Assembly: GCA_030770535.1 (NCBI GenBank)
Contig: JASVEC010000029.1
Span: 372,001-436,000, forward strand
Direction of reading: 5' to 3'
Source of the DNA: Batkoa obscura
Taxonomy: Eukaryota
Length of the DNA stretch: 64,000 nucleotides
How positions within the stretch are numbered: the stretch's first letter is position 1; each line of letters begins with the position of its first letter. The notes beneath the pieces were generated by a model, which saw nothing but the letters and a program-made list of their open reading frames with translations, was not told where the DNA came from and ran no database searches. The translations under genes were made by a program, and so were the position numbers. Shown one piece after another: positions 1-11,365 of the stretch.

Positions 1-1190
1 AATGTAGCTTCAAGGTTTTGTTTAAATCCTAAATCTTTATTATCTAATTGATAGTATTTTTTTAATAAAATAGGTGAACTTAATTGAATAATACCAATAT
101 CATATAATGGACTATTTGGTTTATATTGTTCATGATATTTAAATCGGGATACTTCATGAATATCATAGATACCATCGTTGTTAGTGCCCGTTGGTAGTGG
201 GGTAAGAGAAGTAGCTATTGGGGTTGGAATAGAGCTGAATATGTTACTTACAGACGGATTAGTAATAAAAGTTTGATAGGTAGTAGTAGTAACAGTAGTA
301 GCAGTAGTTGAAGTTTTCTTAGTTTTATGGTCTTTTTTTGATGCTTCCTTACTTTTTGATGCTTCTTTACTATTAGAAGCTTCTGAGTCTTTATCACCAG
401 ATCGAGGTTGTTTGGCTTTGCTCGCTTTCTTTTCCTTTTTAGATTCTTCTTCTTCTTTCTTCTTCTTTTTATTCTTCTTCTTGTGATCCTTATTATCGTT
501 ATCATCGTCATCGTCATCATCCTTATCTTTTTTATGTTTATCATCTTCATCATCTTCATCATCTTTGTTTTTATCCTTCTTCTTTTCATCACCTTTATCT
601 TTCTTATGCTTATCATCTTCATCGTCATCTTCGTCGTCTTTATTTTTATCCTTCTTCTTTTTATCATATTTATCTTTCTTATGTTTATCATCTTCATCGT
701 CACCTTCATCGTCATCTTCGTCGTCTTTATTTTTATCCTTCTTCTTTTTATCATCTTTATCTTTCTTATGTTTATCGTCATCATCATCCTTATCCTTTTT
801 ATGTTTCTTATTGTCTTCCTTATCTTCCTTACCTTCCTTACCTTCCTTATCTTCCTTATCTTCCTTACCTTCCTTATCTTCCTTATCTTCCTTATCTTCC
901 TTATCTTCCTCTTCCTCATCACGTCTTCTGCCCAATTTATTTTGATGTAAAGAATAAACCTCTAGTTTTCCAGTAATATTAAATATACAATGAGCCGCAG
1001 TAAGAATTATAGATTCACTAATTAAAGTACCACCACAAGTATGACTTCCGTTAACTCTTATTGATACCATAGGGGAATATTCATTCCATTTGGCTTCTTC
1101 TCCGCCTATGATTCGAGTTTCGATTTTTTCTGAATAGAAGATAGGGATGAGAATGGTTGTAAGGGTTAAAAGTAGGACAAATAGGTTCAT
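1..1190 (-). CDS. Secreted trypsin-like (S1) serine protease with a long charged low-complexity insertion; 3' end runs off the window
   Basis: ATG at 1190; signal peptide MNLFVLLLTLTTILIPIFYS; activation site R-IIGGEEA; CGGTLISESIILTAAHC (catalytic His); YDIGIIQL (catalytic Asp, 99-101). The frame is open to the window edge, so it is absent from the ORF track. Confidence 0.9.
   Translation of the reverse strand, partial: MNLFVLLLTLTTILIPIFYSEKIETRIIGGEEAKWNEYSPMVSIRVNGSHTCGGTLISESIILTAAHCIFNITGKLEVYSLHQNKLGRRRDEEEEDKEDKEDKEDKEGKEDKEDKEGKEGKEDKEDNKKHKKDKDDDDDKHKKDKDDKKKKDKNKDDEDDDEGDDEDDKHKKDKYDKKKKDKNKDDEDDDEDDKHKKDKGDEKKKDKNKDDEDDEDDKHKKDKDDDDDDDNDNKDHKKKNKKKKKEEEESKKEKKASKAKQPRSGDKDSEASNSKEASKSKEASKKDHKTKKTSTTATTVTTTTYQTFITNPSVSNIFSSIPTPIATSLTPLPTGTNNDGIYDIHEVSRFKYHEQYKPNSPLYDIGIIQLSSPILLKKYYQLDNKDLGFKQNLEAT
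430..920 (-). repeat. Coding tandem repeats (9-bp EDK/EGK units and longer DDEDDKHKKDK units) inside the protease
   Basis: ccttatctt/ccttacctt 9-mers at ~815-910; repeated longer blocks at ~520-800. Confidence 0.9.
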
Positions 1191-2026
1191 TAGAGCTGGT
1201 TGTGATTGCTAATCAATAGCTGTGTGATTCTAAATTAATTTGTAAAGTTTGAATGAAGAAGCTTTTATATTATTGAGTAAGTTAATGAATAAATTATTAA
1301 TTCAATAGTTCCATTCTTTATTAAGATTACTAAATCTATAATGGATTTTTTGTATTTAGTTGTTTTACTTCTATTATTAAATGAAATTTAATATAGTTTT
1401 AGTTATTACATATAAGTTTGTAAATATTTTTTATTTTATAAACGGATAATTAATAGCTTAATAAAGATAGAAAGGAGAATTCTAAATGTATATGGGGGTG
1501 TCCGAATTGGTTTCATTTTTTTATCCAATTTTTAAATATTTATATTTTAAAAACTTTGCTTAAAATTCTATAAAAATAAATTCTTTATTAAAAGCCAAAA
1601 GTACCCGACACAGTTTTAAATTATTTTGTTATAATTTATATTGTCAATTAGCGGAATTTTTATTAAATTTAATATAAATTCCTGGATTAGTAAAGATTTT
1701 ACTAATATAGCCTGTATAGTGATATTAGTCAAAGTTGTAATATGTAAATAAATATATGCTTTTATATAGCTTTATTAAGAAATATTTATTATTAATTGTT
1801 TTATATTCAACACTACAGATTTGCTATCAAATGAATAAATTATTTTAATGTTATAATTACATTATTAATATATCGCTAAGTTAATAAATAGCTGCATGGG
1901 AGGGAGTGGTTAGCCCCAAAACTATAATTAACCATCCCTATGTAATACAAGCAGTGTATTAATAGTTTTTACTTATTATTACAACTACTTGCTCTTTGAC
2001 TATTTATTAACTTAGCTATCAATAAT

Positions 2027-3730
2027 TTAAGTAATATCAACATTTAATAATTGATTTCTATCATCTAATAAGCTACTTACTTGCTTACTAAATATTGAAA
2101 CTTTTAAATTCTCAGTTATTTTTGTAAGATAAGCTGGGGTTGACCTTTTAATTTTTCTATCCTCTATAGACTCTATAACTTTAATTGAAATTATGTCGCT
2201 TTTTTTTGATCTATCAGATACTGGATAACAGTATAGTTTTTTACCACGTTTAATAAAATGTAAATACTTTTTAATACCTTTTATTTTTATTATTTTTTTT
2301 GTATCTTTGTTTCTTTCATACTTTTTAAAAATTATATTTGTTTTCCCATTATTGACAGTTGAGTTATTAAATCTATTATTTTCACAAACAAAAATCTCAA
2401 ATTTTGAAATTAATTGATCAATATCTTCTATTTTACCTAATGCTTCAAGACTATTTTTCCACTGTGAAAGATTTCCAAAATGCCCGTCAACTATACTTTT
2501 TCCATGATGCTCAGCAAAAAAATTAAGATCAATATTTAAACTACTATTTATTTTATGACTTTCTTCAAATACATAATGTAAAAACTCTTGAGATTTAAAA
2601 TGATATCCTGTATCTGCCCATATATTAATTTTTGTAAACTTTTTAAACAAAGGCTCTTTAGATATTAAATCAATCAAACAATCTCCTGCATATGCTGAAT
2701 CATGATTTAATATTTCAGATAAATAATCAAAATAAACTTTGCCTATTGTTTTATCGTTTTTTAAATACAAAACGCCAAACCCTAATACTGATATAGCTTG
2801 TTTGTTATAATGATCTAAGTTTATTGGATCTGGTCTCGTTCCTATTTCCATATTTTGTTTAAAGTCTAAAATTATTATACAACTTCTATTATTTAATTTT
2901 TCAATAGTTTCATTAAGTATGTTTTTTTGAGTATCAACACAAAATTCATGTAATTTATATAACCTTTTTTCTTTATTAAAAGATTCCTGTATCTCTGCTT
3001 TATTTTCTGTCGCTGTATTTATTTTATTTTCAAATAACTTTTTTCTAACTGTATACTGGGCACATATATTACATAAATCTGTTTTTCTTGCTGGATTTTT
3101 AAAATTATTTGGTATATATTTGAAAAATGTTGACCTAGCTACTGCTTTATCTTTTAAATCATTAAAATACTTACTGTATATCATCCTTCTACTTTTATTT
3201 AATATATATATATTCTCTGACGAATATTTATCATTATTTTTCTTACTAAATCTTGATGAAATAGTTGAATTATCAAGTAAATATTGTATAATAATCTCGA
3301 TTTGCTCATCTTTAATTTTTTTTGTATTTTTGATAGTAGGTCGTAATGTTGGTATTTTATTATTATTAATTATTTTTGAATAATCATATTGATTTTTACT
3401 TATATTAAATCCAAAACTTTTACATTCATCAAAAGAATATACTGAAGCTATAGTCGATAATAATGCTACTTGTTGGTTTTTGTTTCCTGTTTCCCTTAAA
3501 ACACTAATTTTATACATTGCTTGATTAAGTTTGTTATTATTAATAGTAAAATTTAATAATATTTCTTTTCTTTTTTTTGTTTTATTATAAAATTCCATAA
3601 ACTTTGGGCAATTGTGAATAGTTGCTAAAATTGATGTAAATGAATTACAATGTTTATACAATGTGCTTCTCCCTACCGTATTAAAGTTTTTAGAAATTCC
3701 ATTTCGAAGTTTAGTTATAAAAGCTTGCAT
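2027..3730 (-). CDS. Sola-like DDD transposase, 567 aa, intronless
   Basis: Motifs TDLCNIC (CxxC), IILDFKQN, IWADTGYHFKS, FFAEHHGKSIVDGHFG; triad spacing D(83)D(41)D; lies between the TIRs. Confidence 0.85.
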   Translation of the reverse strand: MQAFITKLRNGISKNFNTVGRSTLYKHCNSFTSILATIHNCPKFMEFYNKTKKRKEILLNFTINNNKLNQAMYKISVLRETGNKNQQVALLSTIASVYSFDECKSFGFNISKNQYDYSKIINNNKIPTLRPTIKNTKKIKDEQIEIIIQYLLDNSTISSRFSKKNNDKYSSENIYILNKSRRMIYSKYFNDLKDKAVARSTFFKYIPNNFKNPARKTDLCNICAQYTVRKKLFENKINTATENKAEIQESFNKEKRLYKLHEFCVDTQKNILNETIEKLNNRSCIIILDFKQNMEIGTRPDPINLDHYNKQAISVLGFGVLYLKNDKTIGKVYFDYLSEILNHDSAYAGDCLIDLISKEPLFKKFTKINIWADTGYHFKSQEFLHYVFEESHKINSSLNIDLNFFAEHHGKSIVDGHFGNLSQWKNSLEALGKIEDIDQLISKFEIFVCENNRFNNSTVNNGKTNIIFKKYERNKDTKKIIKIKGIKKYLHFIKRGKKLYCYPVSDRSKKSDIISIKVIESIEDRKIKRSTPAYLTKITENLKVSIFSKQVSSLLDDRNQLLNVDIT

Positions 3731-3822
3731 TTTGTTTTTATTTTAACAAAAAACAAAGTCAAATAACTATATAATTATATATTATATAGCTATTGAATAT
3801 TTAATAAAAAATACAAAACACT

Positions 3823-4180
3823 GTGAAATATCGTTTCATCATCTCTGTGATTGATTATCGCATAATAATCACTTAACTTGTTTACAAAACTAGTTGAGTA
3901 TAAAATAGATTCTCAACATAATAGCTCAAGGCTTTTTAATTAAATTGTTCCCTAATATTTTACTTTTAATAAAGCCACTAAATCTTTCTGATAATATCTT
4001 ATGTAGATTTTATAGTAATATCCTGTATTCTATTTATTTTACATAGCTCGTAGCTTATTGCGTATTACTCCTATTGATTTAAGTCTATCTTAGCTACATA
4101 AACTAAGGCCTTTTGACTTACGGCCAGTTAACTAAGCTAGAGCTGCTTTCAACTCCAATTGCTGAGTACTAACTTTCACA
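3823..4180 (-). repeat. Structured non-coding repeat, copy 1 (shorter), upstream of the transposase ATG
   Basis: The reverse complement aligns colinearly with 34637-34921 and 35111-35184. Confidence 0.85.
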
Positions 4181-4764
4181 AACATATAATCAAAAAAATA
4201 AAATAAAATAAAATAAATAAAATAAGTCTTTAAGTTAAATTTTTATATTTAATTTTAAGCTTTTTAAATTTAGCTAATTATACATTAAAGACTTACAAAT
4301 TTAAAAACTTAAAATTTGGATTAATTTCTAGTTAAATTCTGAAACCAATTCGGACACCCCCATATAATCTTAACAAGAGTTCATTATTAAATGGAATCCT
4401 AAAATTGAAGTGGTTTACTTTTGTATTAGAAATAATATTGATAGTAGATTTATTTTTAGTATAAAATAAGATTCTAATATAGAAATTATTGATTATGAAT
4501 TTACTATTTTAATTTTTAATTTTGATATTTTAATTAATTGAAATATTCAAAGTGGAATGTTTAATTACAAATATACTAATTTGGTCATGTATTTATTGAA
4601 TTGTTAAATGTTACTAAATTATTTTAAAAAGTCACATTATTCTTTTGATAATTAATTTTTAAATATTATAGAATTGAAATTAATATTGTAAATAAACATT
4701 TAAAATATTAAAAAAAATTCAACCTTTTTACTTTTAATAACAATAATAATAGTAAATAACATAA

Positions 4765-5678
4765 TTAAATAAAACTTCTTCCAATAATCGACTTCCAGTT
4801 CTTTGCTTTTTCAAACCCATTTTTATTAAACTGATAATCCCAAAAAGCATTATTAATACCTTCTTGATCATTCATAACAAAAGGACCATATTGTTTAATA
4901 GGTTCATTAATAGGTTTACCAGCAATCAAAATAAAATGAACTTTTTCATTATGACTATTAATTAAAATTTGATTAACTTCATCCCCACCTTCTTTATCAA
5001 ATACTATTGTTGTATGAGGTAAAACTAATTTTCCATTTTGTGCAACTTCCACTTGACCTTTAATAGTATAAATAAATGCAGTATTAAATCCAGCTGGTAA
5101 GATTTGATAAGCTGATTTATTTGCTTCCATTTTAAAATCTATTATATAAACTGGATTACTGGTTTTAATAGATGACTGAATTCCATAAGCTTCACCAGCA
5201 ATTACTTTAATTTCTACTCCTACTTCTGGTATTGCTCTAGGTATTTCATTATCTTTGAAATCCTGATATCTAGGTTCACACATTTTTTCTCTTTTTGGTA
5301 AATTAACCCATAACTGTAAACCAGTGACTGGTTCTTTAGATTGTGGTAATGGCATTTCTGCATGAACTATTCCTTTTCCTGCAGTCATCCATTGTAAGTC
5401 ACCTGGTCCAATGATGCCTTGATTTCCAGTAAAGTCTTCATGTTGATTATTTCCAGTGAATATATAAGATACAGTTTCAAATCCTCGATGTGGATGATCA
5501 GGGAAGCCTCCTGGATATTTTACATCAAACTCATCTAACATCAAGAAGGGATCAAGGTTTCTTAATTTAGTAGTACCAATGCTACGTCGTACTCTGCTAC
5601 CTACACCTCTGATTGTTCAATCGACACTACTTGTTGAACTACTTTACGTAAAATTAATTTGAGTTTTTTACTACTCAT
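4765..5678 (-). CDS. Pirin-family cupin protein with an apparent 1-nt frameshift near 5607
   Basis: DPFLMLDEF, FPDHPHRGFETV, QWMTAGKGIVHAEMP, QLWVNLP, GPFVMN; the N-terminal EQSE(G)VGSRVRRSIG needs one extra G. Confidence 0.88.
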
Positions 5679-6110
5679 TTTTTATTTTGTTGAAATTATT
5701 TTTAATTGAATATAACTATTTTAAAAGTGTCTCTTTTAATGTTATTTATACTTTTAGATTTTTATTTCTGATTATGTAAAAATTATAAATTTTGAATTGA
5801 TTTTAACATTTAAGTTATTAATATTTTATTGTTTTTGAGCTGATTTGTAAGTTTTAAGATATAAATAAATTTCGATTATTATTTAAATTTACTTGAAATC
5901 TTCATTATATAAATTGCAATCTATTATAAACTGATGTATAATAACTCTAATGCCTTTTATTTTTAAATGATATAGGATTAGAAATACTTTATAAATATAG
6001 CAGAATCTGTATTACGATTTTTTGTTTTAATTCACTTATAAATGGAAGATAATAAAACTTTATCAAAAATTAACATAATAATATAAATTCTACAAACTGA
6101 AATATGATAT

Positions 6111-6207
6111 GGGGTGTTTTTTTGACTTCATCACTTTTTCCATCTTTTAAGCGCTATTTGAGTGGAAAGATTGTTAGTAAAATTCTTAAACAAAAAAATA
6201 CACCCCC
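6111..6207 (+). mobile_element. MITE family 1 (Sola-derived), copy A
   Basis: ATAT-GGGGTGTTTT...ATACACCCCC-ATAT; core TTTTAAGCGCTATTTGAG shared by the family. Confidence 0.9.
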
Positions 6208-6373
6208 ATATCTAGTTAATTATAGCTCAATAGCTCCATATTAAATCTTAATAACCTATTTTTTAAAATAAAAATATGTCAAATTCTTTTTGAAGTATTT
6301 TCATCCAATGAGATATCAATTAATTTTATTCCACTCTTGAACTTTTCTTTATCTCAATTTTTTTCTTTTAATC

Positions 6374-7375
6374 ATGGATCACCGGGAAATCACATCAGCG
6401 TTTCCATATCCGCCGCATTATTATAAACAATATACTACAAAAAAATATGAAAAATTAAAAAAGATAACAAAATCAAATGAAGAAAATTCAAAAAAAATCG
6501 AAATACCAGACAATCTTGAAAATTTATTACCGCCCAATTTACCCAAAGGTAATAACTATAAATTATTTAATGAGGTTTGGGATGTAAGTTAAAAGCCATA
6601 TTATTATGTATATTTGATAATAAAAACTAATAATATTTATAAAAGTTAAATGAAAAAATTCCCCCAATTAGAGAGATGGGGTTAACTCAATTATATGACG
6701 AAGCAAAAGGTAATTTAATAACTAATTTCTTTTATCCTTTTCACTAAAACTAACTTTACATTTAGACTCAAAATTGGAATTAAAGCGGTTAAATCATTAT
6801 ACATTGAAACAATTTCAACATGCAGTTAAAAGCTTATCACAACAAAAATTAAGTGATAATGGGATTGAAAAAGTAGTCAATAATTTACATCTAACATTTA
6901 TTAATATGCATCATTTGATTAATCAAAATCGACCTTTGGAAGCGATGGAAACATTGAAGGAAATGTATGTGGATAGAACAAAAAGGTTTCGAGAATCAAA
7001 AGAGTTTGTTGAAAAGTAAGTAATTTTCGATGTTAAAGAAGGAGGCTTAGTTAATTTTTTTAATAGTGAAAAAAAGAAAGTATTAAAAAACATTGGAAAT
7101 ATTCATAGTTTTGTGGAGGTAAATTATTGCTCTTGTTAGTTATTAGCATGTAAGGATAGTAATTTTTTTGTTATTTTTAGAAAAAAAGAAGACCTTTCCA
7201 ATATTTAATTGAGAAGAATCAAACGAATCAACAAGAGACATTAACTTCAAATAAAAAATCGGAGATCCTATCTTTAATTAAGGATTTAAAATCAATTGAT
7301 CAAGATTTACCTCCACTTTCTCAATTAACTATAAAAAGAGAAGTGACGAAATCGGAGACAAAAGATATTAATTGA
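6374..7375 (+). CDS. MED7: Mediator subunit 7 (multi-exon)
   Basis: SAFPYPPHYYKQYT, LLPP, ELKRLN, FINMHHLINQNRPLEAMETL; GT-AG introns. Confidence 0.88.
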
Positions 7376-7562
7376 ATTCTCATTATTATTTAATATAATT
7401 GAAAATTTTCTATTAGATTTGCTTTATTTAGAGGAAATAAATAAATATCATTATTGCTATCTACTTTGAATCCTTTTTTAACTAAATACGATAAAAATAT
7501 GTATATCAAATAAATATTTCTTTTTAGAAATATTACTGCTTTATTAAGTTTAAAACTTATAT

Positions 7563-7661
7563 GGGGTTGTTTTTTTTGGCTTCATCATTTTTTCTATCTT
7601 TTAAGCGCTATTTGAGTGTAAAAATTGTTAGTAAAATTCTTAAACATAAAAATACATCCCC
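7563..7661 (+). mobile_element. MITE family 1, copy B
   Basis: ATAT-GGGGTTGT...ATACATCCCC-ATAT. Confidence 0.9.
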
Positions 7662-7723
7662 ATATATTAAAATATAAATGTATATTTCAAAAACGATAAC
7701 ATAATTTTAACTACATAACTTAA

Positions 7724-9235
7724 TCACACGCCAAAATGACAAGTATTTCCAATATAAAGACAAACAGGAGGTTGAATGTTTTTTTCTTTTACCGTAATTC
7801 CCAACTTATCCAGCGTGGTTCTAATAACTCTTTCATTAGGCAATGAATAAGCTTCAATAAAAGTACAAGGGGTTGCTGATGGATATTCTAAATTTAATAA
7901 TTGATCTTGAATTTCATTAGCTTTCCCTACTGCCATCAATAAAATCAATGTTCTCTTTTCATAATAACTTGGTAACGATGGCATAATACCTCCTTGAATA
8001 TTACCTGTACTTATAAAAACTTGATCAGATTGACCACGATGAGTAATAGGTAATAAAGCAGCTGATGGGGCACCTAAAGCTGATGATATACCTGGTATAA
8101 CTTTTGGTTCATAGCCATTATGACGATAATATTCAATTTCTTCCCCTGCTCTACCGTATAAAAAGGGATCTCCTACTTTAAGTCGAATTACTTTTTTACC
8201 TTCTTTTAAGCCTTTTAAACACCATTCATTTAACTCATCTTGTACTCCATCCGATTTTCCTATTATCTTTGGAGACGCTATTTTGACCTCTGCGGTTTTA
8301 TTTAAGGATATTATTTCTTGACTTACTAATCTATCCGCAACAATTAAATCGGCTGATTGTATAGCTTTGTAGGCTGCTATAGTAAGTAAATCTGGATCCC
8401 CTGGACCTGCTCCAACCAATTGAATAGCACCCTTTGTTATTTTATCTTCTGTAGATAGATTGTCTATTTCATTTATTATTTGATTTACTTTATCACTCTC
8501 AGCTGCTTTTAGTTCATGTTTTCTATTTAGTTGAAGCTGATCAAATGACACTGTTTCATTTTTATCATAAAATTCTAATAATTTATTAGCTACTTCATGA
8601 TTAATAAAAGTAAGTTCTTCCAAAGACCAAGAATCAACAATTTTAATTAACCAACTCATTCTTTTTGATGAAGAAGAAGCAGGTGGATCATGTTTTCTAA
8701 TAGCAGCTCTTAAAATTGAAAATTGCTCAATAGCTTTACCCGCATTTTTTGGTATAGCATTAGCTATTTTTTGTCGAATAGCTCGAGCAATTCTAGGTCC
8801 TTTACCATTGGATGACACAGCTACTTGTAATGGTCCATCTCTATGAATCGACATAAACCAAAAATCACATTGTTCAATGATATCGGCTACATTGACAGGG
8901 ATACGTTTTTGTTTACATAATTGATAAATCCTATCCGCTTCAGGTACTTGATCTGCTAATACCATCACTATATCATTATCTAAATCACTTTCAATAAATC
9001 GTCGATTTTCCCAATGAATTTGTTGAGTTTCAATTCGATATTTTAGTTCGGGGCAAAGCTCATGTTCTTCACTTATTAATGTTATTAAGGCATCTGCTTG
9101 TAAGGCATGCACCACTCGACTGGCTGCGACAAATCCACCACCTATAATTAGAACTTTTTTTTGTCTGACTCGATAGGCTAAAATCATGGATGCCCCACCT
9201 TCTAAAGGAGCATATTCTTTACTTTCTTGTGGCAT
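7724..9235 (-). CDS. MET1: Siroheme synthase (Met8-like dehydrogenase/ferrochelatase fused to uroporphyrinogen-III C-methyltransferase, CysG-like)
   Basis: VLIIGGGFVA, PVNVAD..CDF, VAVSSNGKGPRIA; C-terminal LVGAGPGDPDLLT, RLKVGDPFLYGRAGEE, IPGISSA. Confidence 0.92.
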   Translation of the reverse strand: MPQESKEYAPLEGGASMILAYRVRQKKVLIIGGGFVAASRVVHALQADALITLISEEHELCPELKYRIETQQIHWENRRFIESDLDNDIVMVLADQVPEADRIYQLCKQKRIPVNVADIIEQCDFWFMSIHRDGPLQVAVSSNGKGPRIARAIRQKIANAIPKNAGKAIEQFSILRAAIRKHDPPASSSSKRMSWLIKIVDSWSLEELTFINHEVANKLLEFYDKNETVSFDQLQLNRKHELKAAESDKVNQIINEIDNLSTEDKITKGAIQLVGAGPGDPDLLTIAAYKAIQSADLIVADRLVSQEIISLNKTAEVKIASPKIIGKSDGVQDELNEWCLKGLKEGKKVIRLKVGDPFLYGRAGEEIEYYRHNGYEPKVIPGISSALGAPSAALLPITHRGQSDQVFISTGNIQGGIMPSLPSYYEKRTLILLMAVGKANEIQDQLLNLEYPSATPCTFIEAYSLPNERVIRTTLDKLGITVKEKNIQPPVCLYIGNTCHFGV

Positions 9236-9629
9236 TTTCTTACCTTTGTTCTTGTAAAGTTGGATTTGATGAGACTATTTATACTTTTGATTATTTACCA
9301 TTTCGAGTTGAAATGTCGTAATTATGGAGGTTATGATCAAATTTCAAGTTGGAATTGATAATTGAATAAAAATGTTAAATTCTATTAATAATTCAAATTT
9401 AGAGTAATAAATGTATTTTTATTTTATAAACAAAAAGTATTTTAAAAAAAACTAATTGAGGGTAAATATATTCTATTTTATTAAATTCATATAAGAAAAA
9501 GTACTATTTATTAACATAAAAAAGAGAATCAGTAAAGAGTATTAATAGCCTTTAACTTATCAAAACAAAGTCTCTATAAAATAACCAAGTTGTAAAAAAA
9601 GTGGAAGGAAGAAGGTAAAGTAGATTGAA

Positions 9630-11365
9630 TTATTCCAATTTAATTTGTCTAGTTTTTGGAGCTAAAATTTTGATTTTATGATTACTTAATTGTTCCTTTT
9701 GAAATAATTTTTTGTTATTTTTTTTCTCTTGTCTTCTTTCTTTTTTCTCTAATTTAATTTGTTGTTTTCTTAATTTCTTATCTTCTTTACTTTCATTTCT
9801 ATCTCTTGATATTTCAGTATGAACTATTCAATTTATTAATATTAATACTAATATTATGATTAATTAATTAATTTTACCTTTTTGTTTATCATCTTCACTT
9901 TCTTCTTCACTTTCTTCTTCTTCCTCTTCTTCTGTTATCTTTAATTTATTTTCGAATTGTTCTGATAATTTATCCACCTTCAATCTAGGAAAACCACGAG
10001 AATTGAGACTAATTTGACCTTTAGTAACTCTGGGTTCTACGATCATAGCTGGACGATTATAGATATTAGAATAAGTTGATAATACTGATTGACAATCCCA
10101 ATTATTAATAATTTTTTCATCAACTTGTACATTTTTAACTAAATCATTTTCCACTTCTTCTTTAATTTCAGGTTGAATTAAACTTTGTCTTAAATGACTA
10201 AATTTTTCAACTCCAGTTTCACCTTCCATTTTGATCGTCATTTTTTTACCGACAACTTCATAATTTTCTAAAAATTCATCCATTATATCCATAAAATCCT
10301 CTCGCATTTCAACTAATTTTGGCATTTCTTCTTCATCTTCATCTTCATCATCATCATCTTCATATTCTTCTTCAATACGTTCAAATTGATCATCTAAAAG
10401 AGTCAATTTTTCGTTACGAAACATAACCGAAGAAGTCATGGAATATTTGGACGCTGAAGTACGACGATCGAGCCCACTTAATTTTTTATTTTTAATATTT
10501 CCTTCTTCTTCTTCATCACTTTCATTTTTCTTTTTATTCTTCATAAAATGTTTAAAATGTTCTTCCCACCCAGCTTCGGGATCTAATTCCTCTTCTTCTT
10601 CTTGTATATATTCCCCTTCGGACCCATCCAACTCATCAAAGAAATCCTCTTCTAAATTATCATCTACATAGGCATCATCTTCTAAAGCATCTAAAGCATC
10701 AAGTACATCGGGATCCATACCATAATGATAATCCGAAGGTATACTGGGTTGATTCATAATACCAACATCTGTTTTATACTCGGAAGGTAATGCTTCTTCT
10801 GGTAATAAAAAACTAACACTTTTTTTTGTCTTTTAATTTTTAATTGACGTTTATTAGTTTTCCTTGTTTATTTTTTATATAACTAAAAACTTACCTTTTC
10901 CTTTTCTTCTTTTTTGCCACTAATAAATACACCATCACTGGATTGTCCAATAGGCTTTAAATGCTGAGTATAATCATAATCATCATTGAAAAAGATACCA
11001 AATTGAGCTGACTTAATACGGTTACTTTTAATATTTTATTAACAAAGATATTTAACTAACTAAAAAATAAAACTTACTTTTCATTATCAGCTTTAATAAG
11101 GTCTTCAAACTCAGTATCACCGGGTTTCAAACTTTTGTTTAATCCACTTTTGTTCTTTTTACTATGCTTTATTAAAGTTTAATTACAATTGTATAATAGT
11201 TGTATATTCTAAAAATAAACTTACTTTTAAGTTAGCGGATTGTAAAGTAGGTAATAAAACATAATCGGAAGCTTCACCGTCAGCAACTAAAGGATCATGT
11301 TGGGATCGATGTACCACATTGAAATGAGTGGCTTCTTTCTTATTGATAAACGTCTTTTTTACCAT
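9630..11365 (-). CDS. LTV1: Pre-40S ribosome biogenesis factor Ltv1 (multi-exon)
   Basis: FINKKEATHFNVVHRSQHDPL, YDYTQHLKPIG, SMTSSVMFRNEKLTLLDDQFE, WDCQSVLSTYSNIYNRP. Confidence 0.92.

Larger units (their letters stand above)
1494..4361 (-). mobile_element. Full-length Sola-like (probably Sola2-type) DNA transposon
   Basis: Perfect 22-bp TIRs GGGGGTGTCCGAATTGGTTTCA (1494-1515 / 4340-4361); ATAT duplicated at 1490-1493 and 4362-4365; encloses one intact transposase ORF. Confidence 0.9.

Noticed and set aside
248..950. Three overlapping ORFs (K/R/I-rich, F/L/I-rich, S/L-rich) in the ORF track
   Set aside because: These are alternative frames of the protease's tandem repeat; the real frame carries the trypsin motifs
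1494..4361. Fanzor/TnpB cargo in the Sola element
   Set aside because: Only one long ORF is present and no RuvC or zinc-ribbon TnpB motifs were seen anywhere in the window
7724..9235. Met8-Met1 fusion or intronless gene as a novelty or horizontal transfer
   Set aside because: CysG-type fused siroheme synthases are known in fungi, and nothing here specifically indicates transfer
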